A stretch of 50,320 nt of DNA from Candidatus Parcubacteria bacterium. GTDB lineage: Bacteria; Patescibacteriota; Minisyncoccia; Phycocordibacterales; JAACPR01. The stretch covers positions 1 through 50,320 of the forward strand of contig JAACPR010000004.1 of assembly GCA_009995365.1 (NCBI GenBank), in the 5' to 3' direction. Below are positions 1 to 9,108 of the stretch, piece by piece. Position 1 is the stretch's first letter, and the number at the start of each line of letters is the position of its first letter. The notes beneath the pieces were generated by a model, which was not told where the DNA came from, searched no databases, and saw only the letters and a list, made by a program, of their open reading frames with translations. The position numbers and the translations under genes are program-made.

Positions 1-3
1 TTT

Positions 4-34
4 CCAGAGAAAATTAAGATATGATTTTCTCTGG
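4..34. repeat. perfect 11-bp inverted repeat CCAGAGAAAAT / ATTTTCTCTGG with a 9-nt loop
   Basis: Read directly at the window start. No U-tract follows on either strand, so its function (terminator of an upstream gene or a protein site) is open. Confidence 0.5.
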
Positions 35-102
35 AGAAAAAGCATTTACACAAATGTGTTTACACTCCCGATATTGTTTATTCAAACGGGTATATACCAT
101 GT

Positions 103-990
103 ATGAATATTTGTATGATAAAAAAATCGCTAGGGAATTTTAAACATGTTTTTAGCTATCACTCAACCCCAGAAATTGACGTTGGTAAGTTAGTTGGTGT
201 TTGGCCTGGACAGTTGGACCTAGAAAAATCTTTGGCTAATTTTATCTTTGGTCAGAATAATATCGATTACTATTTGGCGTGCAGTTTTAATTATTTAAAC
301 ACTGTTAAAAAATATATTATGCCAAATATTAAAAAATATAAGGTTATATATTATGGAGTTGATTTTAATAAATTCTCATACAAAAAAATAGTTAAAAGAC
401 AAAAATTAAAATTAAAAGACAAAGATATAATTTTGCTTTGTCCAGTTAGAATGATTGAAAGAAAAGGTATTTTAGATATGTTGAATACAGTTAAGATTCT
501 TAAAGATAATCCAAAAATAGGAAATAATATTAAACTTATTATTCCTACAAGTAAACTTTCGGAAAGGAATGAGTTTTATATGGAAGTAAAAACAAGAATT
601 AAAGATTTAAAATTAAATAATAATATTAAAATTATTAGTGATAAGTTCCTGATAAACGATATGCCAACATTATATGCATTATCTGATGTGATGATTTTGC
701 CATCGTATGCTGAAGGATTAGGAATTGTTCTACTTGAATCAATGTCTATGAAAAAACCAGTAATAGCAACTGATATTCCAGGTGTTAATGAAGTTGTCAA
801 ACACGAAAAAACAGGCTTACTTGTTCCAATAAAGTCACCCAAAAGTATTGCATTAGCTGTAGAAAGAATTATTTTTGATGAAAAATTAAGAAATAATATT
901 GTTGAAGGCGGCTATAAATTTGTAAGTAAAAATTTTAATTTAGAGATACAGGTAAAGGAGATAGAAAAGTTGTTTAAATCTATTTTATGA
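103..990 (+). CDS. glycosyltransferase family 1 (GT4-like)
   Basis: The motif EGLGIVLLESMSMKKPVIATDIPGVNEVVKHEKTGLLVP is the canonical GT-B C-terminal donor-binding motif. At 295 aa the protein is short for this family. Confidence 0.75.
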   Translation: MNICMIKKSLGNFKHVFSYHSTPEIDVGKLVGVWPGQLDLEKSLANFIFGQNNIDYYLACSFNYLNTVKKYIMPNIKKYKVIYYGVDFNKFSYKKIVKRQKLKLKDKDIILLCPVRMIERKGILDMLNTVKILKDNPKIGNNIKLIIPTSKLSERNEFYMEVKTRIKDLKLNNNIKIISDKFLINDMPTLYALSDVMILPSYAEGLGIVLLESMSMKKPVIATDIPGVNEVVKHEKTGLLVPIKSPKSIALAVERIIFDEKLRNNIVEGGYKFVSKNFNLEIQVKEIEKLFKSIL

Positions 991-1610
991 ATAAAATAAA
1001 TTCTGAACCAGTCTTTAAGATTAATAATTTTTTTAAAAACCAGAAAAGCCCTTTTGTGATATTGATTTGTGGAGTAAACGGAATAGGCAAAACAACACTC
1101 GCATTTAATTTGTCTAGTATTCTAAATATTAAACAAAGAATCGGACTTGGTGTTATAGTGAAAACTTTAATCGCTAACTCCACAAGGAATAATTATCAAA
1201 AAATGATTAAAATGGATAACGTTTTTTCGATAACAACGAAAGAATTATTAAAACACGAGGTAATAATAAGAAAGACCATTAATCTTATAATTTCTAAATA
1301 TATTAAGGAACAAATGGCTTGTATTATTGAGGGATTGCAACTATTTGAATCATACAATAATAAAAATATAATCCATTTTTACATAAAAATTAGTGATAAA
1401 AATAAATACAAAAACCAACTAGAATCATGCAGCACCAGATCACCTCGAAATCTCACTAAAAAAGATTTTGATAATATAATTTTGATTGACGATTTTATCA
1501 ATAAAAGGATGAGCGAAAGAAATATTTATGTTTTGGATAATACATTATCTGAAACTGAAATGTTAAATCAAGCATTGCAAAATATAGTTGAACACTTTAA
1601 TATAGAGTAA
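987..1610 (+). CDS. P-loop NTPase / small-molecule kinase-like protein
   Basis: Walker A motif ILICGVNGIGKTTLAF. The start overlaps the upstream stop as ATGA. The similarity to 2-phosphoglycerate-kinase-like proteins is only by eye. Confidence 0.55.
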   Translation: MNKINSEPVFKINNFFKNQKSPFVILICGVNGIGKTTLAFNLSSILNIKQRIGLGVIVKTLIANSTRNNYQKMIKMDNVFSITTKELLKHEVIIRKTINLIISKYIKEQMACIIEGLQLFESYNNKNIIHFYIKISDKNKYKNQLESCSTRSPRNLTKKDFDNIILIDDFINKRMSERNIYVLDNTLSETEMLNQALQNIVEHFNIE

Positions 1611-1611
1611 T

Positions 1612-2595
1612 ATGAGTAACAGACTTGAATATTTAATAAAAAAAGAAGAAGAAGAAAAGGAACTATCAAACAAATTAAGAAGAGATTTTTCAAACTCCGA
1701 TCACGATATTGAGGGGAATTTTATAGCAGTTTTGGGACGCCAATTTGATAATGATTATAAATTTAATAAGTGCCTGAAACCGTTATGGGCCGGTTTCTAT
1801 ATTAAATATAATGATTTAGAATTGATGGTTGATCCGGGAGTTAATGTTCTTGAAAGAACCCAAAGGATAGGCGTTAACATTTCAAAGACTAATACTTTAT
1901 TTATCTCACATGCCCACACAGATCATAAAAATGATACTAACGTAGTATCAGAAATGGTTGCATACCAAGAAAGTCCGAAATTAAAGATCTTAATGTCTGA
2001 AAAAAGTCTTGAAGAGGGCGCCATGTCTAATTACCACATTCAATTACATGATAAAGAAAAGGATAACTTAATCATTCTAAAGAATAATGTGGATATTGAC
2101 ATTAATTCTAGTACAAGCATTAAACCGATAGAGGTTAAACACTCAATTGATGGTTCATTTGGCTTTATATTGTCTGTAGGCGATATGAAGATTGGTTATA
2201 CTGCTGATACTGGTTTTTATAAAACTTATAAAACTAAGGACGGGGAATTTGAAACTAGTAAGGTAACTGATAAGAATGAAATAGAAGGCCCAGGCGAGAT
2301 TGATCATAAATTAGTAAAGTTTTTTAGTGATGTTGATATTTTGATATTCAATTTGCACGGAGTTTCATTTAGAAAACATACAGCACATAACCTGTACCAT
2401 ACAACAGTCAAGTCAGCCGTAGATGTTTTAAAGGGTAGTAACGTTAAAACTTGTATTTTTGATCATTTCAATTCCACTGGTTGTCTGGGTAGGGAATTTT
2501 CAGAAGAAGTGAATGACTATATCAAACAAGAAACTGGTAAAGATACAAGAATGGTTGGGTTAGATGGATTAGTAATTAAATTAAATCTAACATGA
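1612..2595 (+). CDS. metallo-beta-lactamase fold hydrolase
   Basis: HxHxDH motif in FISHAHTDHKND, with later His/Asp positions (KHSIDG, YTADTG). There is a 1-nt gap to the upstream gene. Confidence 0.7.
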   Translation: MSNRLEYLIKKEEEEKELSNKLRRDFSNSDHDIEGNFIAVLGRQFDNDYKFNKCLKPLWAGFYIKYNDLELMVDPGVNVLERTQRIGVNISKTNTLFISHAHTDHKNDTNVVSEMVAYQESPKLKILMSEKSLEEGAMSNYHIQLHDKEKDNLIILKNNVDIDINSSTSIKPIEVKHSIDGSFGFILSVGDMKIGYTADTGFYKTYKTKDGEFETSKVTDKNEIEGPGEIDHKLVKFFSDVDILIFNLHGVSFRKHTAHNLYHTTVKSAVDVLKGSNVKTCIFDHFNSTGCLGREFSEEVNDYIKQETGKDTRMVGLDGLVIKLNLT

Positions 2596-3641
2596 AAGAA
2601 AAAATACCAAGTTTTTTTGTTGAGAGTGCTGAAAAGCAAAAAGAAAATGATCCACAACCATATGATGCTATTATTTCAATTGAAGAAGGAAAAGATAAAA
2701 TAGGTCATGTTGCCGACAACTTTGTCTGCAAGGTTTCGGATGAAAATGGGGAGGACACTACTCTTAGAATACCAATTACAATGTCATATTTTAAGAAATC
2801 AGGTAGTGATTTTTGGTACAAAAACCTATATGGTTACAGGGACGGTGTTGATTCAGCAATACAAAATAAAGTAATGAATTATTATGTAGTCTTTGATTCC
2901 ATTTCTAATTTAAGTTTCTTAGCAATGCCAATCGATGAAACCACTGAGGTTATTAATAATGTTGAAAGCCTAGATATGTTTTTAAAAAATGGTAATCCGA
3001 AGGATACAGAGTCACTCCAAGCTTTTTTACAGGAATTTCCAAATACTAAATTCGGCTTAACTGGTTCGAGAACATTCAATAAATTGAATATTGATCATGT
3101 TTCAGATATTGATTTGATTGTCTATGGACCAGATGATTTATCACAAATATTATCTGAAATAGAAGGGAACCCAGACATAAGAGAAAGGGTAGGTATATAC
3201 CCAAACTCCAAGGAAAGAATTACTAGCGACACCGCACATTATATGAAGAAGTTTAATTTATCCGAGTTGGAGGCGTCTATTATTGCAACAAGAAAAAGAA
3301 GATATATTTTCGATTCTGGTATTAAGTTGTCTTTAAATTGTGCATTATCTATGGAAGATTCTTTAAAAGATAATTCACCTATGGCTATTGGTTCCAGAAA
3401 AATTAAGGACATTGCTATAGAAGCAACCGCCTTAGACGTAAAGCTTTCATCGACTCTGCCTAGAAGATTTTCCGTAGATGTCGATGGGCAGGAAATGGAT
3501 GTAGTTAGTTCTATGTGGTCATTAAAAGATCTAATTAGAGCTGGAGATAAAGTTAAGATTGAAGGTGCTGTGAGAGAGAAGGATGGCAATGTCTTTATAT
3601 CCTTAGAAAAAAAGGGTCACATAATTAAACCTCTCGTATAA
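2592..3641 (+). CDS. Pol-beta superfamily nucleotidyltransferase with a beta-rich (OB-like) C-terminus
   Basis: GS...DxD signature in GLTGSRTFNKLNIDHVSDIDLIVYG. The C-terminal stretch GDKVKIEGAVREKDGNVFISLEK looks OB-like. The start overlaps the upstream stop as ATGA. Confidence 0.55.
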   Translation: MKEKIPSFFVESAEKQKENDPQPYDAIISIEEGKDKIGHVADNFVCKVSDENGEDTTLRIPITMSYFKKSGSDFWYKNLYGYRDGVDSAIQNKVMNYYVVFDSISNLSFLAMPIDETTEVINNVESLDMFLKNGNPKDTESLQAFLQEFPNTKFGLTGSRTFNKLNIDHVSDIDLIVYGPDDLSQILSEIEGNPDIRERVGIYPNSKERITSDTAHYMKKFNLSELEASIIATRKRRYIFDSGIKLSLNCALSMEDSLKDNSPMAIGSRKIKDIAIEATALDVKLSSTLPRRFSVDVDGQEMDVVSSMWSLKDLIRAGDKVKIEGAVREKDGNVFISLEKKGHIIKPLV

Positions 3642-3644
3642 TAG

Positions 3645-4511
3645 ATGACAATTAAAAAGATAACTTCAGAAGGAGTTCTAATACAAACAATAAATAACCA
3701 TAAATTTAGTAGTATCGCTCATGTTTATTCATTTAATAATGAGAGATATGTAATAAGAGAAATTGGAAGACAATACTCTTTAAAATCTGCAGATCTTAAA
3801 ATTCTAAAAAAAAATATAAAAAAATATTATAAAATTCTGGCCCAAACAAAAACTTTTAGAGTTCCAAATTTATTTGAATTGGAAATTGATAAAAAAGAGA
3901 ATAAGTTATTACTTCTGACAGAATATTTTGAAAATAATGCTATAAAAAAAGGTTGTGACAACTTGGTTGAGTTTATAAAAATAGCCGAGGTGATTTTTAG
4001 GTTAATTAACAATAAAAATAGTTTTAATCAAAAAGGAAAATTAAATATTTCAGTTGATACTAATCCTGATAACTTTTTTATTGTTGGAAATGATATCGTG
4101 TACAACGATTTTACCCCACCATTGTTTAGACAAACTAATGGTGAGTGGCTTGAGTTTAGAAGATCGGATGAAATGGGACAAATAAAAAAGAATAAGGAAA
4201 TGCGTTATTTTAACCCATCGAATATTCTAATCAATTTCTTAAATAAGGCTAGATTACATTTAACATTCGATGATTACACAAAATTAATTGACTATGTTGT
4301 TAAGGAAAATAGTACACACAAATCTAATAACAGCGTAAAAATTTTGTCTGTCCTATATAGAGAGTTGACAGAAAAAGACTATAATAATGAAAATGAAATT
4401 AATTTCAATAAATATATTACAGAAAGGGATATTTCAAGATTTAAATTGACTTTAAAAAAAGAACTTAAAAACCCAGAACTAACCCAATTATTCAAAATAT
4501 TTAAAAATTAA
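3645..4511 (+). CDS. protein-kinase-like / aminoglycoside-phosphotransferase-like fold protein
   Basis: ISVDTNPDNFFIV resembles the HxDxxxxN catalytic loop. YNDFTPP resembles the DFG/IDF metal loop. LLLLTEYFEN looks like a hinge. All of this is motif-level only. Confidence 0.45.
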   Translation: MTIKKITSEGVLIQTINNHKFSSIAHVYSFNNERYVIREIGRQYSLKSADLKILKKNIKKYYKILAQTKTFRVPNLFELEIDKKENKLLLLTEYFENNAIKKGCDNLVEFIKIAEVIFRLINNKNSFNQKGKLNISVDTNPDNFFIVGNDIVYNDFTPPLFRQTNGEWLEFRRSDEMGQIKKNKEMRYFNPSNILINFLNKARLHLTFDDYTKLIDYVVKENSTHKSNNSVKILSVLYRELTEKDYNNENEINFNKYITERDISRFKLTLKKELKNPELTQLFKIFKN

Positions 4512-4628
4512 ACACTCGGGCATATATTTAATGTAATAATTAAAATAATGTAAATTCTTTAACTTCAGAATCGAAAATTTTACCTTCAGATTTTTACTCG
4601 GCGGTATAATTTTTGATAAGATTTAATA

Positions 4629-5407
4629 ATGCATATATCAGACACGGTTGAAAAACTACAATCTAAAACTGAAGTTGTCTCGGTCTTTATTACCGGTTCT
4701 CAAGGTGAGGATAATAAACCGTATAGTGATATTGATATTGTAGTTATTCTTAATAAGAATAAAAATCAGATTAAATCTTTATATACTTGGATAGATAGTA
4801 AGTTTGCAGATATTTTCTTTTTTGATTTAGACGACTTACAGAGAATTAAAAATAGTGAACAAGTGAGTGCAAATAGCATGGATGCTATTTTTCTTACTTG
4901 GTTAAAAAAGGCTACTATTAAATTTGATAAATCTGGAGAAATCATAAAGTTTAAGGAAAATATTTCTGACTTTGACTCTAAAATCAATATTCCTGATTCA
5001 GAAAAAAACAATATTGGCAAAGAATAAATTATAATTTTGTTGCCAACGGTCGATACTTCACATCCCATAACTCGGCATATCATGAGGCTTTAGAAATTAG
5101 ATTAATGTACAGTATACCTGAACTTATATGTGGATATTTTGAATTCAGAGACATTCCATGGAGAGGCGAAAAGGAAGCATTAAAATATTTTAAAGAGAGT
5201 GATTTAGAATTTTACGATTTATTTATTAACTACATAAAATCCTCAAAAATAAAAGATAAATATAATTATTATTCCAAAATGGTAAACAGGGTGTTTACTG
5301 AAGAATATACTATTTGGACTTCAAATCAAGTTATTATAGAATCAAAAAAATCTGAAACTGTTTCAAAAAATAATACCAAAGATTATTGGATTAGTTTGAT
5401 AAATTAG
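4629..5407 (+). pseudogene. nucleotidyltransferase-domain gene split by a frameshift in an A7 run
   Basis: The N-terminal ORF (4629-5027) carries ITGSQGEDNKPYSDIDIVVIL (GS...DxD). The second frame is open from 4997 and continues into the 5105-5407 ORF. The frames switch at GAAAAAAACA (5001-5010). Confidence 0.55.
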
Positions 5408-5412
5408 AATAA

Positions 5413-5910
5413 ATGTATAAAAAGATTATAATAATAGGAGAATCTGGTCGAGGAAAATCCACCCTCGCTAAAAAACTTTCTCAAAAAACAGGAATAATTC
5501 ATCATCAAACAGATGACTTTTTCTGGAAAGTTAAATATTCAGAATCACACCCAAGAGAAGAAGCTTTAGAAAAAATAAAATATGAATATAAAAAAGATAG
5601 CTGGATTATTGAAGGAACTACCTCATGGCTTATTGAACCGGGTCTTAAAAAAGCAGATTTAATTTTATTCTTACATTTCAAAAGTATTTTTCATCAATGG
5701 TTTTCAATTATTCTGAAATCTCTCAAAGAGAAGAGGGAAAATCTCCGTGAATTATTTGGATTATTAAAACACGTTTTTTATAGAAGATACGGTATTGGTT
5801 ATAGCAAAGGTAAAATCCCTCAAAGTAAGATGATTGAACCCTATAAAGAAAAAGTTATAATTCTAGATTCTTTCAAAAAAATTAACGATTTTCTAGAAAA
5901 ATATAATTAA
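5413..5910 (+). CDS. P-loop kinase, adenylate-kinase / topology-modulation (FlaR)-like
   Basis: KIIIIGESGRGKSTLAKKLSQKTGIIHHQTDDFFW matches the N-terminal pattern of AAA/adenylate-kinase-like FlaR proteins. Confidence 0.65.
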   Translation: MYKKIIIIGESGRGKSTLAKKLSQKTGIIHHQTDDFFWKVKYSESHPREEALEKIKYEYKKDSWIIEGTTSWLIEPGLKKADLILFLHFKSIFHQWFSIILKSLKEKRENLRELFGLLKHVFYRRYGIGYSKGKIPQSKMIEPYKEKVIILDSFKKINDFLEKYN

Positions 5911-5932
5911 TAAAATTTGATATAATCAGCAT

Positions 5933-6916
5933 ATGAAAACTAACCACATCTCATAAGGCATAATCCCAGTTTATAAAAAGGAAAATCAAATCTTTGTCTG
6001 CTGTATTCAAAATATAAAAAGTAATGAATGGGGTTTACCAAAAGGAACTCCGGAAAAAGATGAAACTCCTTTTGAAACAGCTCGTCGTGAATTACAAGAA
6101 GAAACTGGAATTTTAGAATTTGAAATAATAGGTGGAAAAACTTTTTCTGAAAAGTATTCATTTGAAGAAGATGGTGTGATTCATCAAAAACAAAATATTT
6201 ATTACATCGCTGAAGTAAAAGAAATGAAGACCAGTCTAGAAGAAAAGAAAGAAAAAGATCCAGATATTGATTCAAAAGACATGAAGTGGATTAATATAAG
6301 TGAAGTTGATCAATTTTTTAAATTCGACACTACCAAACAAGTTTTGAAAGAAGTTACAGAATATTTAAATAAATTTCCAATGATAACCGAATATCATGGA
6401 CTATCAGGTGAAGATTATCATTTTGAATATTATGAATCAGATTCAATCGAACATTTACCAAAAGAAGGGTTAGCACAAGTATCAATCACTGCTTTTCACA
6501 ATGACAAATTATTAATGGTTAATAATACAACTAAACCAGGAACTTATGGATTAATTTCTGGAAGTATCGAAAAGGGTGAAACCCCTGAAGAATGTCTGCC
6601 TCGAGAATTACAAGAAGAATCAAATATGAGAATTATTGATGAACCGCTTTTAATTGGATATCAAAAATGCAAAAATTTATCTAGACCTGAAAAACCAGAC
6701 GAATATCAAATACGATATTTTGCTCGCGTTGAACCAATTGGTCCTTTTACTCCTGAATGCGATCCAGATGGCGACGTGACAGAGCTTCTTAAAATTGATC
6801 CTGCAGATTACAAAAAATATTTTGATTGGAAAGCGACAGGAGATGCGATTATGGAGCGAGCGTTTAGATTTTATAAAATATGCCAAAAAAATATAATTAC
6901 ACAACCAAACATCTAG
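5933..6916 (+). pseudogene. tandem-Nudix hydrolase with an in-frame TAA at codon 8
   Basis: Nudix box 1 (GLPKGTPEKDETPFETARRELQEETGI, about 6031-6110) lies upstream of the tracked GTG start at 6176 in the same frame. ATG 5933 is followed by TAA at 5954-5956. Nudix box 2 is GSIEKGETPEECLPRELQEESNM. Confidence 0.55.
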
Positions 6917-7068
6917 TTTGCAGAAAAATAGACAACAGAGATGTTGTATTATTTGAATGCAGTACAGAAGAAGGTGCTAAAAAAGAAATTGCTAAATGGA
7001 AAGATAAGGGATATTTTTATAAAGCCAAAAAAGAAAAAGTAAAAAGAATTGACCCAAATGACTTTTAA
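6880..7068 (+). CDS. small hypothetical protein (62 aa), possible partner of the downstream HEPN-like ORF
   Basis: An ORF only. Its end overlaps the next ORF by 20 nt. Confidence 0.3.
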   Translation: MPKKYNYTTKHLVCRKIDNRDVVLFECSTEEGAKKEIAKWKDKGYFYKAKKEKVKRIDPNDF

Positions 7069-7486
7069 TCAAGAAGAATATAATAATAGGACTTGGGAAT
7101 TACTAAGAAAATATGCAGAAGCTAAAAGATCTGGTTTTTTAATTGAAGCACTAGTCCTTTTTAATTACATGTTAAGAAATAATCTTTTACTAATTATTAA
7201 CAATAAATTAATTCAAAATAAGCAGGCTTTTAAGGATTTATATTTAAAACAAGAAACAAATGTTTTGGCTAGTACTGCAAAAAATATTGATGCAATAGAT
7301 GAAGATTTGAGAAAGGATATCGATAAATATTTTAATGAATTCAGAGGTGCTGTAGTCCATGGAATGTTAAACGGAGAAATTAGTTACGAAGAAATTAACT
7401 CTAAAATTAATACTCCTTTAGATTTATTAGAAAGAACACAGGAAAAGATAATAGGAAAGATAACATTAAGTAGTGTTAATGATTAG
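7049..7486 (+). CDS. small alpha-helical protein with an Rx4H (HEPN-like) motif
   Basis: EFRGAVVHG fits the Rx4-6H motif. At 145 aa it looks helical. Confidence 0.4.
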   Translation: MTQMTFNQEEYNNRTWELLRKYAEAKRSGFLIEALVLFNYMLRNNLLLIINNKLIQNKQAFKDLYLKQETNVLASTAKNIDAIDEDLRKDIDKYFNEFRGAVVHGMLNGEISYEEINSKINTPLDLLERTQEKIIGKITLSSVND

Positions 7487-7562
7487 GTAGATAAGTGCTT
7501 AACAAAAGAGTATTTTAGCGATACTATATAATAACAATTAAATATAAGTGTAAGTACCTAAC

Positions 7563-7729
7563 CCTTAAATTTTATTTAAGGTATGGTCAAAAACGCGACG
7601 AACATAAAAACCCCATCATTAGGGCGTTCGTCGCGTTACATCGGGAAACTGGTGTAGAGGTCCGCAAGGGTCTTCCTAGTGGTGGGATTTTTGCGTATTA
7701 CCTCAATTATTAATTAATCGCGACGAACA
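7563..7729 (+). ncRNA. candidate structured cis-regulatory leader RNA, copy 1
   Basis: Elements in order: 5' hairpin 7563-7581; TATGGTC; segment a 7592-7603; segment b 7606-7620; a' 7626-7637; GGGAAAC 7643-7649; a GCAA-capped hairpin 7657-7674; b' 7678-7692; a repeat of segment a at 7719-7728, directly before ATG 7730. The same architecture, with compensatory changes, occurs at 37951-38179. Confidence 0.6.
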
Positions 7730-8284
7730 ATGAATAAAATAAAGAAATTTTTTACAACCAAAGCAGGTAAAATTACACTAGTAATTTTACTACTTGGTTT
7801 AGGTTTTATTTCGGGTATGGAATATAAAGCATATCAAGTAAGATCTGCAATAAGTGGGGCTTTTGAGGATTTTAGTTTTGGAGAAGTATCGGAAACTAAG
7901 CAAGATAATACAAAGACGATTGCATCTAATGATTTAAATAAAAAAGTAAATTTATCAGTCGAGAAGAAAGGATTTATTACACAATCATACGCAGATTACA
8001 ATACTTTTACTTTCAAATTTGAAAATAATACCGATAAAGATATAGAGGGTGTTCAAGGAACTATAAACTTTATGGACTTGTTTGGGAATTCAATCCAACA
8101 GATTAGACTTTCTTATGATAAGGGAATATTGGCAGGGGAGAGTAAATTATATGATGCCACTGTTGATTATAATCCATTTATCGATACTGATATAAAACTA
8201 AAAAATATTGAACTTTCTAAGATGAAATATGAGTGGGATGTAAATACGATTATTTACTCTGATGGTAGTCAGGAATCGAAATAA
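7730..8284 (+). CDS. membrane-anchored hypothetical protein
   Basis: N-terminal TM helix ITLVILLLGLGFISGM followed by a beta-rich domain. Confidence 0.55.
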   Translation: MNKIKKFFTTKAGKITLVILLLGLGFISGMEYKAYQVRSAISGAFEDFSFGEVSETKQDNTKTIASNDLNKKVNLSVEKKGFITQSYADYNTFTFKFENNTDKDIEGVQGTINFMDLFGNSIQQIRLSYDKGILAGESKLYDATVDYNPFIDTDIKLKNIELSKMKYEWDVNTIIYSDGSQESK

Positions 8285-8307
8285 TTATTAACTAAACAAC
8301 TATTAAA

Positions 8308-9090
8308 ATGCCTACAAAAATTCAAACTGAACAAATTTATAAAAAATTGAAAGATTATAAGAAAAGATATCTAAAAAAGAGTTATCTAGAGTTAGATGAG
8401 TCAGCGACAAGATTAATGATTAATAGTTTATTAACAGAAGTATTAGGATATGTCGAGTTGCAAGATATTAAAACCGAGTATCAAATTCGTGGAGAATATG
8501 CAGATTATGTAATTCAACTCAACAAAAAGAAACATTTTGTTGTAGAGGTTAAAGCCGTCCAATTAGATTTATCAGAAAAGCATCTTCGTCAAAGTATTGC
8601 GTATGCAGTCAATGAGGGAATTGATTGGATTTTGTTGACTAATGGTCGCCAGATTGAATTATATAGAGTCTTATTTAAAAAACCGATTGATGTTAAGCAG
8701 ATTTTTTCTTTTGATTTGTATGATTCAAATGAAATAAAAAAAGCATCTGAATACATAGCGTATCTTTCTAAAAAAAGTATTTTAAAAGATGAACTAAATA
8801 ATTTTTGGGCAAGATTTGAAGCGTTGGAGCCTAAAGACTTAAGTAAAAATCTTTATTCAATAGAAGTAATAAGATTTTTGAAGAAATCACTAAAAACAAA
8901 AACAGGAATTACATTTAGTGAAGATGATATTTTAGATTCAGTTCATCAAATTATAACGACAAAATTAGAGTCTGTAAAACCAAAAACTCCCGTTATTATT
9001 AACGTTAAAAAGAAAAGTACTAAATCAAAAGAAATAATCGTCAATGGTGTTGATGATAATATTCACAATACTGAATTAAATGAAAATTAA
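8308..9090 (+). CDS. HsdR-N-terminal-like PD-(D/E)xK nuclease-fold protein
   Basis: ESATRLMINSLLTEVLGY...GEYADYVIQL...FVVEVKAV...QSIAYA...WILLTNG follows the type I restriction HsdR N-terminal domain pattern (D...EVK core). Confidence 0.6.
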   Translation: MPTKIQTEQIYKKLKDYKKRYLKKSYLELDESATRLMINSLLTEVLGYVELQDIKTEYQIRGEYADYVIQLNKKKHFVVEVKAVQLDLSEKHLRQSIAYAVNEGIDWILLTNGRQIELYRVLFKKPIDVKQIFSFDLYDSNEIKKASEYIAYLSKKSILKDELNNFWARFEALEPKDLSKNLYSIEVIRFLKKSLKTKTGITFSEDDILDSVHQIITTKLESVKPKTPVIINVKKKSTKSKEIIVNGVDDNIHNTELNEN

Positions 9091-9108
9091 GAAAATATAA
9101 TACCGATA

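Noticed and set aside
5940-6275. Minus-strand 111-aa ORF
   Set aside because: It is antisense to the sequence that encodes a perfect Nudix box on the plus strand.
7592-7728. Direct repeats of segment a read as a target-site duplication of a MITE-like insertion
   Set aside because: There are no terminal inverted repeats inside. The internal reverse-complement copy (a'), and its coordinated change in the second locus, are not explained by a TSD.
7563-7729. Assignment of the leader RNA to a known class (T-box, ykkC/guanidine, ZTP, c-di-GMP, integron attC)
   Set aside because: None of the signature sequences I remember fit. These are the T-box GGGTGGNACCGCG, the ykkC GGGA/ACGR, the ZTP pseudoknot and the attC GTTRRRY/RYYYAAC cores. 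This cannot be excluded without an Rfam scan.
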